Source: an uncultured Alphaproteobacteria bacterium
GTDB lineage: Bacteria > Pseudomonadota > Alphaproteobacteria > CAAHEQ01 > UBA3637
NCBI GenBank assembly: GCA_949286245.1
Contig: CASECF010000060.1
Location: forward strand, 1 to 58,851
Direction of reading: 5' to 3'
Length of the DNA stretch: 58,851 nt
Part shown: positions 8,036-16,360 of the stretch, in pieces
How positions within the stretch are numbered: the first letter of the stretch is position 1
How the letters are laid out: every line of letters begins with the position of its first letter
Program-made: the position numbers and the translations under genes
The notes under the pieces: generated by a model
Seen by the model: the letters and a program-made list of their open reading frames with translations, nothing else
Told to the model about the DNA's origin: nothing
The model's database searches: none

Positions 8036-9844
8036 TTATTGAACCCGTACAACTGAACATGTAAAACCACGGCGTCCCAACTTTTGACACAAAGTATCAG
8101 CCGTTTTTACATTTTTCATCGGGCCTATCCGCAACCGGAATAATTCACGCACATCCCCGTCAGCCGTCGCATCAACGGAATAATATGGTTCATATCCCTT
8201 TAACAAATCTTGGTTTTTAGAATAGATGTTATCCCAAATTGTCTCGAGTTCTGCCATACTGGCATGCGTTCCCAATTCAACGGAAATTGTCTCTTTATCA
8301 CTGATAAACGTTTTAACATCAGAAGAAACCGAACTCGAAGAAGATTTTGAAGTCGTAATTTGGTTCATCACACCGACAATCCCGGAAGAAGCCGACGGAG
8401 AATTCTTAACCTCTGTCGGAATTCCCTGCATGGGAGCCATCTCCTGTGTATAAACAAATGACGGATACGAATTAACAAACTCAGCATTAATTCCGGCAGC
8501 TCCACCCGACATCATGTCCGGCATAATCATCTGTCCGTCCATTGTCATGGGGAATTGAGCTTTAAACGTTCCATCCGCATTCATTCCCTCGGTGTAGGCA
8601 CTCGTAGACTGAGAAGATAAAAGAGAAGATTGAGACGTAGCAGAGGATCCCGCCACCATTGAAGAAGCAGACCCACCCATTACATCAGAAGCTCCATTCA
8701 TCCCATTTGAATCCGCATTATTTTGAGTCGACGGTTTTCCACTCCATGAAGCCGATTGCCCCTGAGACCCACTATAATCAATATACTCTAATCCGGAAGC
8801 CGGATCACGTCTGAGCTTCAGACAAATAATTTTTTTACCATTTCTCAAGACCAAATCCCCGATAGCTTCCACAACAATTAAACGACTATTAGGGCCTCTT
8901 GTTCTAAAGCCGACAGGAACCTCCGTATCCTGAACAATCAAGTTAACAATCGGACGCTGTGTCATCGTCAATGCTTTCGGCCCCATATCGATATATGTAA
9001 AGATATTATCACGCCATACATTCTCCGGAGCCATATCAACATCTGCCGGATTTGGCAAGTACATATCGATATCGAATCGGAAACTCTCCGGATCTACAGG
9101 TATGGATTTTAGCCAATCTTTCGGTCCTGTTGAAGCCGTATTTAAGCCGATTTGAGGATTCTGGGAGCCACGACCAGCCCATCCCGGGGCAGCCGATCCA
9201 CTTACTGATGTATTGGAAGAGGCCGTGATCGTGGCACCATTAAAATTTCCAAGTTTTCCTCCGTTTTCAACCGGTGTATATTTTGGACCGACCAAAACAT
9301 CGACAACCGATTGCGTAATTTTATCCGTATTATATGTTTCGCTTCTCAGATAAAATACATATCGATTCCCAGACCGACCAAAAACAATCATATTGCTGTC
9401 CACACCGATATAAGAAGGATCCGCATAAACAAGGAGAGAATTCGGAGCAGCAATTTCACCACCGAAAGATTCGGGAGAACCAATATGAACCTTTTCAATC
9501 AACTCCCAGGTTGGGAAGTTAATAAGTGTCATCATCCCCTCTCGTAAACGAATGGGCAAAACAACATCAGGAGACCATAAATATTTCGAATACCCCGGTT
9601 TGGTCTGTCCTTCTCCTAAATGCGACAAAGGATCATTCCAAGCTTTTTGTTGCATTCCCAAAGAATGAATGTAATTCAAATTCACCTGATCAAACTCTCC
9701 GGTTGTTTGAGCTATGGCATCACTGAGCTGACCCGCCTCCACATCGGCCGGCAACATTTGTTGAGCTTGTGCCGCAACACTTAATAAAATAACTAAGCTT
9801 GTCGCTCCCAACCAATTTAATTTACGAAATTTTCCTTTTAACAT
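8036..9844 (-). CDS. virB9: VirB9/TrbG/CagX-family T4SS outer-membrane core protein with a long C-terminal extension ending in a SPOR domain
   Basis: 602 aa. The signal peptide ends ..SVAAQAQ. The VirB9 N-domain reads LPIRLREGMMTLINFP...IVFGRSGNRYVFYL. The C-domain reads FRFDIDMY..VWRDNIFTYIDMG..RLIVVEAIGDLVLRNGKKIICLK. A Ser-rich linker follows, then ISVELGTHASMAELE...FRLRIGPMKNVKTADTLCQKLGRRGFTCSVVRV, which is SPOR-like. Confidence 0.85.
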   Translation of the reverse strand: MLKGKFRKLNWLGATSLVILLSVAAQAQQMLPADVEAGQLSDAIAQTTGEFDQVNLNYIHSLGMQQKAWNDPLSHLGEGQTKPGYSKYLWSPDVVLPIRLREGMMTLINFPTWELIEKVHIGSPESFGGEIAAPNSLLVYADPSYIGVDSNMIVFGRSGNRYVFYLRSETYNTDKITQSVVDVLVGPKYTPVENGGKLGNFNGATITASSNTSVSGSAAPGWAGRGSQNPQIGLNTASTGPKDWLKSIPVDPESFRFDIDMYLPNPADVDMAPENVWRDNIFTYIDMGPKALTMTQRPIVNLIVQDTEVPVGFRTRGPNSRLIVVEAIGDLVLRNGKKIICLKLRRDPASGLEYIDYSGSQGQSASWSGKPSTQNNADSNGMNGASDVMGGSASSMVAGSSATSQSSLLSSQSTSAYTEGMNADGTFKAQFPMTMDGQMIMPDMMSGGAAGINAEFVNSYPSFVYTQEMAPMQGIPTEVKNSPSASSGIVGVMNQITTSKSSSSSVSSDVKTFISDKETISVELGTHASMAELETIWDNIYSKNQDLLKGYEPYYSVDATADGDVRELFRLRIGPMKNVKTADTLCQKLGRRGFTCSVVRVQ

Positions 9845-9956
9845 TCATTCTTTCTCCTTGTTAATATAAAAATTCTTTTTTTAGAATAAATCAAAACACA
9901 CTATAAAGTCTACAAAAAAATGACATCTTTCCGACTTTTTTCAACCTTTTTTCATT

Positions 9957-10664
9957 CTAAGACGGCAAGGCCTGAATTCCAAACTTCAAGACAGTAAATC
10001 CAAGTGGATTTTTCAAGCGCTGATCCCATGTTAGTCCTGGTCTTGTCGGGCGGAAGGCCACCTGCATAACAACCAACCATTTTGACTTTGTTGGCTGACT
10101 ATCCCCCTGTTTCATATCCGTCAATTCTATTTCGGCACGCCACACATTAACGCCCTCTCCTTCAGAACGATACGGAGAAACAACCAAAATTTTAACATTT
10201 CGTGTTAATCCCTCTTTACGCGCCTGTTCCAAAAGGAGATTCGCTGTACGAGCAAACTCCTGAAAGACAGAAGACTCACTCATCCAGTTTACGCTTCCGT
10301 CAATCCCCCACCGACGTTCCAATTCCGGGATATTGGTCCCAACTGTTAATCGAGACAACAAATACTGTCTGATAAAAGACTCTGTCAACAGATTCATATC
10401 CAACTCAGCATAATTGGGTCTTTGAATACTAATGATTTGTTGATCTTTATCCATTGTACTCAAATAAAAGGGTTGGACCCGAACAATCGGGAGAAGAGAA
10501 AATAACGCACTTAACAGGATAAGAGTTGCCAAAAATGAAACGACACAAACCAGTGCAAACGTTCGAGCCATCCAAAGATATCGCCGTTCTTTAACAGCTT
10601 CTTCGGAGATATCGCTCTCCATACCGTTCATTTCCTCTTCTGAATGAGTCGCATCAACAGTCAT
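9957..10664 (-). CDS. virB8: T4SS inner-membrane protein VirB8 (copy proximal to virB9)
   Basis: 235 aa. It is bitopic, with a TM helix (FALVCVVSFLATLILLSALFSLL) followed by an NTF2-like periplasmic domain ending ..RLKNPLGFTVLKFG. Confidence 0.85.
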   Translation of the reverse strand: MTVDATHSEEEMNGMESDISEEAVKERRYLWMARTFALVCVVSFLATLILLSALFSLLPIVRVQPFYLSTMDKDQQIISIQRPNYAELDMNLLTESFIRQYLLSRLTVGTNIPELERRWGIDGSVNWMSESSVFQEFARTANLLLEQARKEGLTRNVKILVVSPYRSEGEGVNVWRAEIELTDMKQGDSQPTKSKWLVVMQVAFRPTRPGLTWDQRLKNPLGFTVLKFGIQALPS

Positions 10665-10685
10665 TCTTTTAAATTCCCATATTGA

Positions 10686-10862
10686 TTAAGAAATCCAAGA
10701 AGCTGTTTTAGGAGCTCTTTTTAATTCCAAACAGGCGCACGGAGATTTCTTCAGCTCAGAATAATCCGGACCAATACCAACCGTTTCTTTTTCATAAATG
10801 GAACCACAGGCCACCAGGGCCAAAACAGCCAAGACACTCAATAAGAACAAATGTTTTTTCAT
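10686..10862 (-). CDS. Small lipoprotein, VirB7-like by size, lipobox and position; not in the ORF track (58 aa)
   Basis: ATG at 10860-10862 is preceded by aaaggaaacctt (SD). Translation: MKKHLFLLSVLAVLALVACGSIYEKETVGIGPDYSELKKSPCACLELKRAPKTASWIS, stop at 10686-10688. The lipobox is L-V-A-C. It sits between the two virB8 genes. Confidence 0.6.
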   Translation of the reverse strand: MKKHLFLLSVLAVLALVACGSIYEKETVGIGPDYSELKKSPCACLELKRAPKTASWIS

Positions 10863-10883
10863 AAGGTTTCCTTTCTTAAGATG

Positions 10884-10898
10884 TTAACCTAATGTTAA
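10884..10898 (-). promoter_or_regulatory. Perfect CtrA-box consensus TTAA-N7-TTAA in the virB8/virB7 intergenic gap
   Basis: The sequence is ttaa cctaatg ttaa. A third TTAA lies at 10876-10879. The site is 22-36 nt upstream of the virB7-like ATG. Confidence 0.35.
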
Positions 10899-10942
10899 CA
10901 TATAGCACATTATTTTTATTTATCCAATAAAAAAATGAACTC

Positions 10943-11584
10943 TTATTGTTTTTTCTTTGACTCGTTATATTTTACGACGGTTAACCCGTATGGATTCGCA
11001 AAATTAGTTCTAAAAACACGTCTAGAGGGATCATGTACGACTTCAATGATAGACACTTTACTTTCCCGTGAAATCGTACTTCCGAGGAGACGGACTACAT
11101 CAAACTCGACCGTAAACGTATTTCCCAATCGACTGATTCGTTGAATATCAACACTTTCCGTATAAGAGAGATTCCGAAGTTGAGTCACCTCCTCGCCGAA
11201 ACCAGCTAAAAATTGTCGATAAACATCCGCATTCGAAAGCAACCACACAGGTCCACCGACACCTATACGGCGATTAAATTCCGTTTGATCAGCAAATAAC
11301 GATAATCTCATTTCCAAATAATATCGGATCAGCATTTCATCCAACAATTTTTTATCACCGATATCGGAAGATAAAGGCTCTGCCTGAATCAATTGATTAG
11401 AGCTCATCGGAGAAGTCAATATTTGAGAAATAACCTTTAAGCGAGGAGCCATTTGAAGTAATGTCAAAATAATCAATAAATTAAATGCAATAATAATTGC
11501 CGCAACAATCATCCAAAACTTTGCCAAAAACTCGGCATTTCCTCTTTTTCCCAAAACACGTCGAGATAATTCTTCTTTGCTCAT
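10943..11584 (-). CDS. virB8: T4SS protein VirB8, second paralogue
   Basis: It has a TM helix (FWMIVAAIIIAFNLLIILTLL) and a VirB8-type C-terminus (..NFANPYGLTVVKYN). The likely start is MSKEELS at 11584, which forms an ATGA overlap with the stop of the upstream gene. The track ORF extends to 11611. Confidence 0.8.
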   Translation of the reverse strand: MSKEELSRRVLGKRGNAEFLAKFWMIVAAIIIAFNLLIILTLLQMAPRLKVISQILTSPMSSNQLIQAEPLSSDIGDKKLLDEMLIRYYLEMRLSLFADQTEFNRRIGVGGPVWLLSNADVYRQFLAGFGEEVTQLRNLSYTESVDIQRISRLGNTFTVEFDVVRLLGSTISRESKVSIIEVVHDPSRRVFRTNFANPYGLTVVKYNESKKKQ

Positions 11585-13212
11585 TGAATATATGTTCCTC
11601 CATTTAAGCACATATCATCCAATTTTTTTCTTTGGGTTTTATTGATTCTTTTATTAAATAACTCTATCTCCTTTTTTAAGGCTTCCGTTGCGGCTGCCTC
11701 TTTCATCAATTGATCAATTTGACCCGCATTTTGGCGAGATAAAGTGACATGTCCGTCCGAATCCGTTTTAAGAGCCTCAATCAACTGACGAGCCTGATAT
11801 ACACGCGAAGATTGTATCGCATCAGCCGTTTTTACATAAAGCGAACGGTCTTTTGTTAATTGATCCAAAACATCTTCCTGACCTTGCGGTGAAATAGATA
11901 AAACACTTTCTGCGGATAATGTTTTTTGCTCATCCTCCGAAGAAGAACTTGGAAGCTTACTCATCTCTTCCTCTGCCTGTTTTAAATATATCTCTTTCTG
12001 CTCACGAATAGCTTTTTTAACCTGATTATACTGTGTTTCATCCAGCAAATTCGGTGTTTCCATAGCCAACCCATGTGAAGCGAGTCTGGAATCCAACACA
12101 CTCATCAAATTATTTTCTTCTGCCTGAGTGATTTCGACCAACTTTTGAGCCGTACTTCTTTCTTTTTTTATTCCCTGATAAACATTCAATCGATTATCTT
12201 GAAGAGAGGCATCCTGATTACGAACACTCTCCTTAAGGCGCAATGATTTTCCGATAAAATCTTGAGCCATTTCTCCTGTCGGATTAAAATCTTCAAAATT
12301 ACTCTTCATAAACTTCTGCCACGGTTCCGGCCATTCCGGAAAGACTTGTCTTGTTTCTTCCGGATCACCGATATATTTCACAATTTCATCGGCTGGCGGA
12401 AGAGGTTTGGGGGGTACCGGTGGCATTTTAAAGGATGCCGGCATTCCCATCAATTTTTTGGGGGCTTGGGCACTCATTTTTTTCAGGTAATCGGCATGCG
12501 CTTTAATCAATTCATCATACTGTGTATAGTCGTACTTCTGATCACCAATCTGGGGGAGTACATCCGAAGAAACGCCAAAATAAGTATTTATTTGGGCATA
12601 AAAATCATTATACTCTTTATCATAAAGATACTTTTGATCTTTCCAAAGCGGAAAAACCGACGATTTTCCGGCTCCCCCCTTTGGAGTTCCCCATTTTTCG
12701 GGATTGGCATACACATCCGTTAAAATATTTTTTCCCAGTGTCCATGTGGCATTTTGTTCAATAATTGTTTGATCATCCGGTGTCACGTTCGGCAACTGAT
12801 CTGGATCATACCGTTGTGCCGAATTCAAGAAAACAGCCAGTTGTTTTTCCTGAGCATCGTAAGTCTTTGTCATTTTTTCCCAAACATCCTCTGGATTTTG
12901 GAAATACTTTCCGAGTCGTCGAATATTGCAAGTTGTCATATCATCGAATCGTTTATTCTGATAATCTAATTGTTCTTTTGCATCCGCTTGCGTCTGTTGA
13001 AATTGACGAAAAGAAGGAAGAGACACCATTAAATTATGTAAATCCAAGGCTTTCAATAACGGAATTTGATAATTACTTTGCGTCTCCGCTTGAGTTTGAG
13101 TTGCCGGAATTCGTTCTACTTTAACAAACGGAGATTCAGCCAAGGCAACCGATGACAACAAAAGCGATGAAACCGTAAGCATAAAAAAAGATCTGTATTC
13201 CATGAACATCAT
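11581..13212 (-). CDS. Secreted protein of unknown function, T4SS-linked (543 aa)
   Basis: The signal peptide is ..LLLSSVALA|ESP. It has a central PPVPPKPLPP motif and a coiled-coil-like, Glu/Gln/Lys-rich C-terminal half. It is translationally coupled to virB8. Confidence 0.6.
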   Translation of the reverse strand: MMFMEYRSFFMLTVSSLLLSSVALAESPFVKVERIPATQTQAETQSNYQIPLLKALDLHNLMVSLPSFRQFQQTQADAKEQLDYQNKRFDDMTTCNIRRLGKYFQNPEDVWEKMTKTYDAQEKQLAVFLNSAQRYDPDQLPNVTPDDQTIIEQNATWTLGKNILTDVYANPEKWGTPKGGAGKSSVFPLWKDQKYLYDKEYNDFYAQINTYFGVSSDVLPQIGDQKYDYTQYDELIKAHADYLKKMSAQAPKKLMGMPASFKMPPVPPKPLPPADEIVKYIGDPEETRQVFPEWPEPWQKFMKSNFEDFNPTGEMAQDFIGKSLRLKESVRNQDASLQDNRLNVYQGIKKERSTAQKLVEITQAEENNLMSVLDSRLASHGLAMETPNLLDETQYNQVKKAIREQKEIYLKQAEEEMSKLPSSSSEDEQKTLSAESVLSISPQGQEDVLDQLTKDRSLYVKTADAIQSSRVYQARQLIEALKTDSDGHVTLSRQNAGQIDQLMKEAAATEALKKEIELFNKRINKTQRKKLDDMCLNGGTYIQ

Positions 13213-13214
13213 CC

Positions 13215-14288
13215 TTATTCAAATGTTTCTGTCAATGTTTTAATGTTTCTGATTGAAGGAATCGAAGCCAGTTGTTGATCCGCTTGCAACTCTAAACTAA
13301 ACGCCCAAATTTGTTGCAACAACATTGTCAACTGATATTCGACCAAACGTACTGCTATATTTTCCTTAATGGCCGTCACTTTATCTGTTCCTTGCAATTG
13401 TGTAGAATCCAAGATAACTCCCTCATACTTGTTAGGCGTACTGACAGACAGAGTATCTTCCAGTTCTTCCACCATTTTAGCTAATTTCTCAAGTTGATCT
13501 TTTAGAACCAAGACACGTGCCATATTTTTAATAACAGCTTGTTGCTCTTCATACATTCGCATTTGACGGGCATATGTTTCATTTTTCAGACCACCCTTTC
13601 CTTCTCTCTCAATTAAATTTTGAGCATTCTCCGACATATTTTTATCGACGGTATCTGCGGTGCTATTAATACCTTGATCAGAAACAGATCCAACAATATT
13701 CCCTGCTGTTTGAGAAGCCTGAACACCCGCTTGTGATGTTGTTCCCGTTGTTGTTCCAGTGGTTGTTGATATCCCGCCGGTCGTTCCGACATTTCCGGAT
13801 GTTGAGGAGGATCCACTTGTTGATCCGGAATTAGCAGATGTTGAAGAACCCGTTCCACCGCTCGATGTAGCTTGTTGTTGATCCTCTCTCCAATATTTAT
13901 TTACAAAAGCCTCTCCCTGACTTTCAATGACGTCACGCATATTCTCCGTTCCCTGATCAACATAATTGGAAATAGAGGAGGTTACGACCGATCCATCCGG
14001 TAAAAAAGGAATATCCGGCAATTTTGATTTAACATCCTGAACACTCGGCAACATGTTAATCATATCCTTTTGGGTCCCCTCAAGAACAGATTGGATGTCC
14101 GTCAATTTTTCCGTAGCCTGCAATTGATATTGTTTAACATAATCTTGAGCCTGCTTGGAAATATCCGAAATCGGTGTTCCACTTCCAGCCTCTAAAATAC
14201 ATTTGAGTGTGGTACAAACAGCCTCACCTCTCAGAGGGAACAAGAGAAGTAAGAATGCCGGTAATATAAAATACGTTTTTTTTATCAT
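13215..14288 (-). CDS. Secreted protein, member of a T4SS-linked paralogue set (357 aa)
   Basis: A signal peptide (..FPLRGEA) is followed by a helical N-segment, an S/G/T-rich core (aa ~140-196, TSSGGTGSSTSANSGSTSGSSSTSGNVGTTGGISTTTGTTTGTT) and a helical C-terminal module. Confidence 0.6.
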   Translation of the reverse strand: MIKKTYFILPAFLLLLFPLRGEAVCTTLKCILEAGSGTPISDISKQAQDYVKQYQLQATEKLTDIQSVLEGTQKDMINMLPSVQDVKSKLPDIPFLPDGSVVTSSISNYVDQGTENMRDVIESQGEAFVNKYWREDQQQATSSGGTGSSTSANSGSTSGSSSTSGNVGTTGGISTTTGTTTGTTSQAGVQASQTAGNIVGSVSDQGINSTADTVDKNMSENAQNLIEREGKGGLKNETYARQMRMYEEQQAVIKNMARVLVLKDQLEKLAKMVEELEDTLSVSTPNKYEGVILDSTQLQGTDKVTAIKENIAVRLVEYQLTMLLQQIWAFSLELQADQQLASIPSIRNIKTLTETFE

Positions 14289-14300
14289 AAAACCCCTCCT

Positions 14301-15596
14301 TTACTTCGGTTCTTCCGGTTTTGCCATCAATTCAAGAGGCTGTGCCAAAAGCATTTGTGTCGTTAAAACTTCCGCATTGGCAATTCCGATTCCGATCAAT
14401 GCAACCGTTTGCTTAATTCGAGCCAAAGAAGCCTTTGTATTAATTTGGATATCCTCAATCTGGTTACAGCCGTTTGTCGGCGCTCCCGTAATTGATTCGC
14501 TATCTGTCTTTAATTTCGACCGAATCCCCGTACTTAAGGATAAAACTTTTGTTGCCACTTCATTTAAATATTGAGATCGCTTCCAAGACATTGCATTTAA
14601 TTTATCAGAAGTTGGATTTTTTTCTGTTAAAAAGAACTCTTTTTGAGCAAAACTTCTCGCTGTTTGAAAATCTTTTTGAGGCGGAGCAAATTTTGATTCA
14701 TCCGCTTTTTTCAATATTTCTTCCTCGACATAATCATATGCATTACTCTCGACTGCCGTATAATTTTTTGTCTGGCCATCCGATGAGATGGGAGTGCTTC
14801 CTTGGATTGTGCCGCACCCACCGTCTCCGGCCAGAGCCTCATTCTGTTTTAACACCTCTTCATCTGTCTGAAGTTGAGCTTCCTTATTGCTTTCTGTTTG
14901 AACTTGCTGTGCCTCAGTCTTTACCGTACCTTCACTATCTGTTGTCGGAATACCCGTTGAGACAGCAGAAAACTCCATCGGTCCCATTTCTTCCAAAACC
15001 GCTGAAAAGTCTTTATAAACATCAGAAATCGGAACCGCTTCTTCTATACTATCCATAACGCCGGAAGGATCCAAACCATCCAACGAACCGGAAATAGTAT
15101 CCGTCACACCCCCTACAACACCCCCAATCGTATTTGAAACGGAGCCCGTCACACTGCCAACAGCACCACTAACACCCCCTACAACACCCCCGATCGTATT
15201 TGAAACGGAGCCCGTCACACTGCCAACAGCGCCACTAACGCCCCCTACAACACCCCCGATCGTATTTGAAACGGAGCCCGTCACACTATCAACAGCACCA
15301 CTAACGCCCCCTACAACACCCCCGATCGTATTTGAAACGGAACCCGTCACACTATCAACAGCTCCACTAACAACTTTATCCGCAACACCGGAAACATTTC
15401 CAACGACTCCGCTAACACTGTCCACAGTACTTCCCACCTGTTGAACGGTATCTTGAACTGTTCCTAATGTATCCGATCCCGGTAAAAATAAATCAAACGG
15501 TTTATCCTCTATAGGAGTGATAGCAGCAAGGGATCCTCCTGATAAAACTGAAAAGGATACAACCGATACCGCCAAAAAAAGAAGATGTTTTTTCAT
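14301..15596 (-). CDS. Secreted tandem-repeat protein, member of the T4SS-linked set (431 aa)
   Basis: A signal peptide (..SGGSLA|A) is followed by four copies of a 22-aa repeat, VSGAV[DG]SVTGSVSNTIGGVVGG. An acidic region and a helical C-terminal module follow. Confidence 0.6.
   Translation of the reverse strand: MKKHLLFLAVSVVSFSVLSGGSLAAITPIEDKPFDLFLPGSDTLGTVQDTVQQVGSTVDSVSGVVGNVSGVADKVVSGAVDSVTGSVSNTIGGVVGGVSGAVDSVTGSVSNTIGGVVGGVSGAVGSVTGSVSNTIGGVVGGVSGAVGSVTGSVSNTIGGVVGGVTDTISGSLDGLDPSGVMDSIEEAVPISDVYKDFSAVLEEMGPMEFSAVSTGIPTTDSEGTVKTEAQQVQTESNKEAQLQTDEEVLKQNEALAGDGGCGTIQGSTPISSDGQTKNYTAVESNAYDYVEEEILKKADESKFAPPQKDFQTARSFAQKEFFLTEKNPTSDKLNAMSWKRSQYLNEVATKVLSLSTGIRSKLKTDSESITGAPTNGCNQIEDIQINTKASLARIKQTVALIGIGIANAEVLTTQMLLAQPLELMAKPEEPK
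15109..15372 (-). repeat. 4 x 66-bp near-identical tandem repeat (in frame, coding)
   Basis: Units start at 15109, 15175, 15241 and 15307. They differ at only a few positions (for example ctgcc versus ctatc). Confidence 0.9.
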
Positions 15597-15613
15597 ATTC
15601 TATCCCTTCCTTT

Positions 15614-16351
15614 CTAAAATAATCCCTTCTGATCTGTTGAAGCAGATGTTTTCTCACTATCTACACGAGCTCCCTGAAGCGCCTTCAGTGCATCAATTCG
15701 AGCTCTTTCCGAAGCTAACACATTCAATTCCGTCATCTTTCCGGCCATTTGTATGGTTAAAACACCTAATCCTTTATACAAATCAATAATTGATTCTCTT
15801 TTTTCCAAATCTTCTTTTAATTTCTTAAAATCCTCGGTTGTTTTTTCAGAGTTTTGTTGCGAAATCGTAGCAACAGCTTTTGCATGCAATAAGTTCAGCA
15901 CATAATATTTTTGCTGATACGCCAACTCTCCTGGTTTATCTTGATCCTTGTTAGACTGTCCCTCAACTCTCTCTGTTGTGGCTATCATCGTCTTGGGATC
16001 AAAATAAATCAATTCTCTCAATTTTTCTTCTACTTTAACAACATCGGGATCCTTTTCCTCCAGCAAGCTTTTTAATTCTTTTGGAACAATCGGCAAAATT
16101 TCTTCGTTCACAAGGATACTTGCTTGCTCTTCTACCGTTTCACTTTTTTGAACCCCAGGCATCCCGATATTTTGTAATTTCTGTCGCGCATCTTCCACCG
16201 CTTGGAGATCTGACAATGTCGTATTAACCGTTGCCGAGATTTGTTCAATCGATTGCGCAACCCCTGGAATATCGAATGTCGAATTAGCCCACCCCAACAT
16301 GGGTAAAATGAGAAGCCCCCCAACAATTAATATATTTTGTCCTAACTTCAT
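15614..16351 (-). CDS. Secreted helical protein, possibly VirB5/TrbJ-like (245 aa)
   Basis: The signal peptide is ..PMLGWA|N. The size and all-helical, Gln/Glu/Lys-rich composition resemble VirB5/TrbJ. The N-terminal FDIPGVAQSIEQISATVNTTLSDLQ recalls the VirB5/TrbJ N-motif. The assignment is tentative. Confidence 0.45.
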   Translation of the reverse strand: MKLGQNILIVGGLLILPMLGWANSTFDIPGVAQSIEQISATVNTTLSDLQAVEDARQKLQNIGMPGVQKSETVEEQASILVNEEILPIVPKELKSLLEEKDPDVVKVEEKLRELIYFDPKTMIATTERVEGQSNKDQDKPGELAYQQKYYVLNLLHAKAVATISQQNSEKTTEDFKKLKEDLEKRESIIDLYKGLGVLTIQMAGKMTELNVLASERARIDALKALQGARVDSEKTSASTDQKGLF

Positions 16352-16360
16352 TTTAACCTC

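Noticed and set aside
15109-15372. The regularly spaced identical 66-bp repeats could be mistaken for a CRISPR array.
   Set aside because: The units are directly adjacent with no spacers. They are in frame inside a 431-aa ORF and encode a sensible 22-aa protein repeat. No cas genes are present.
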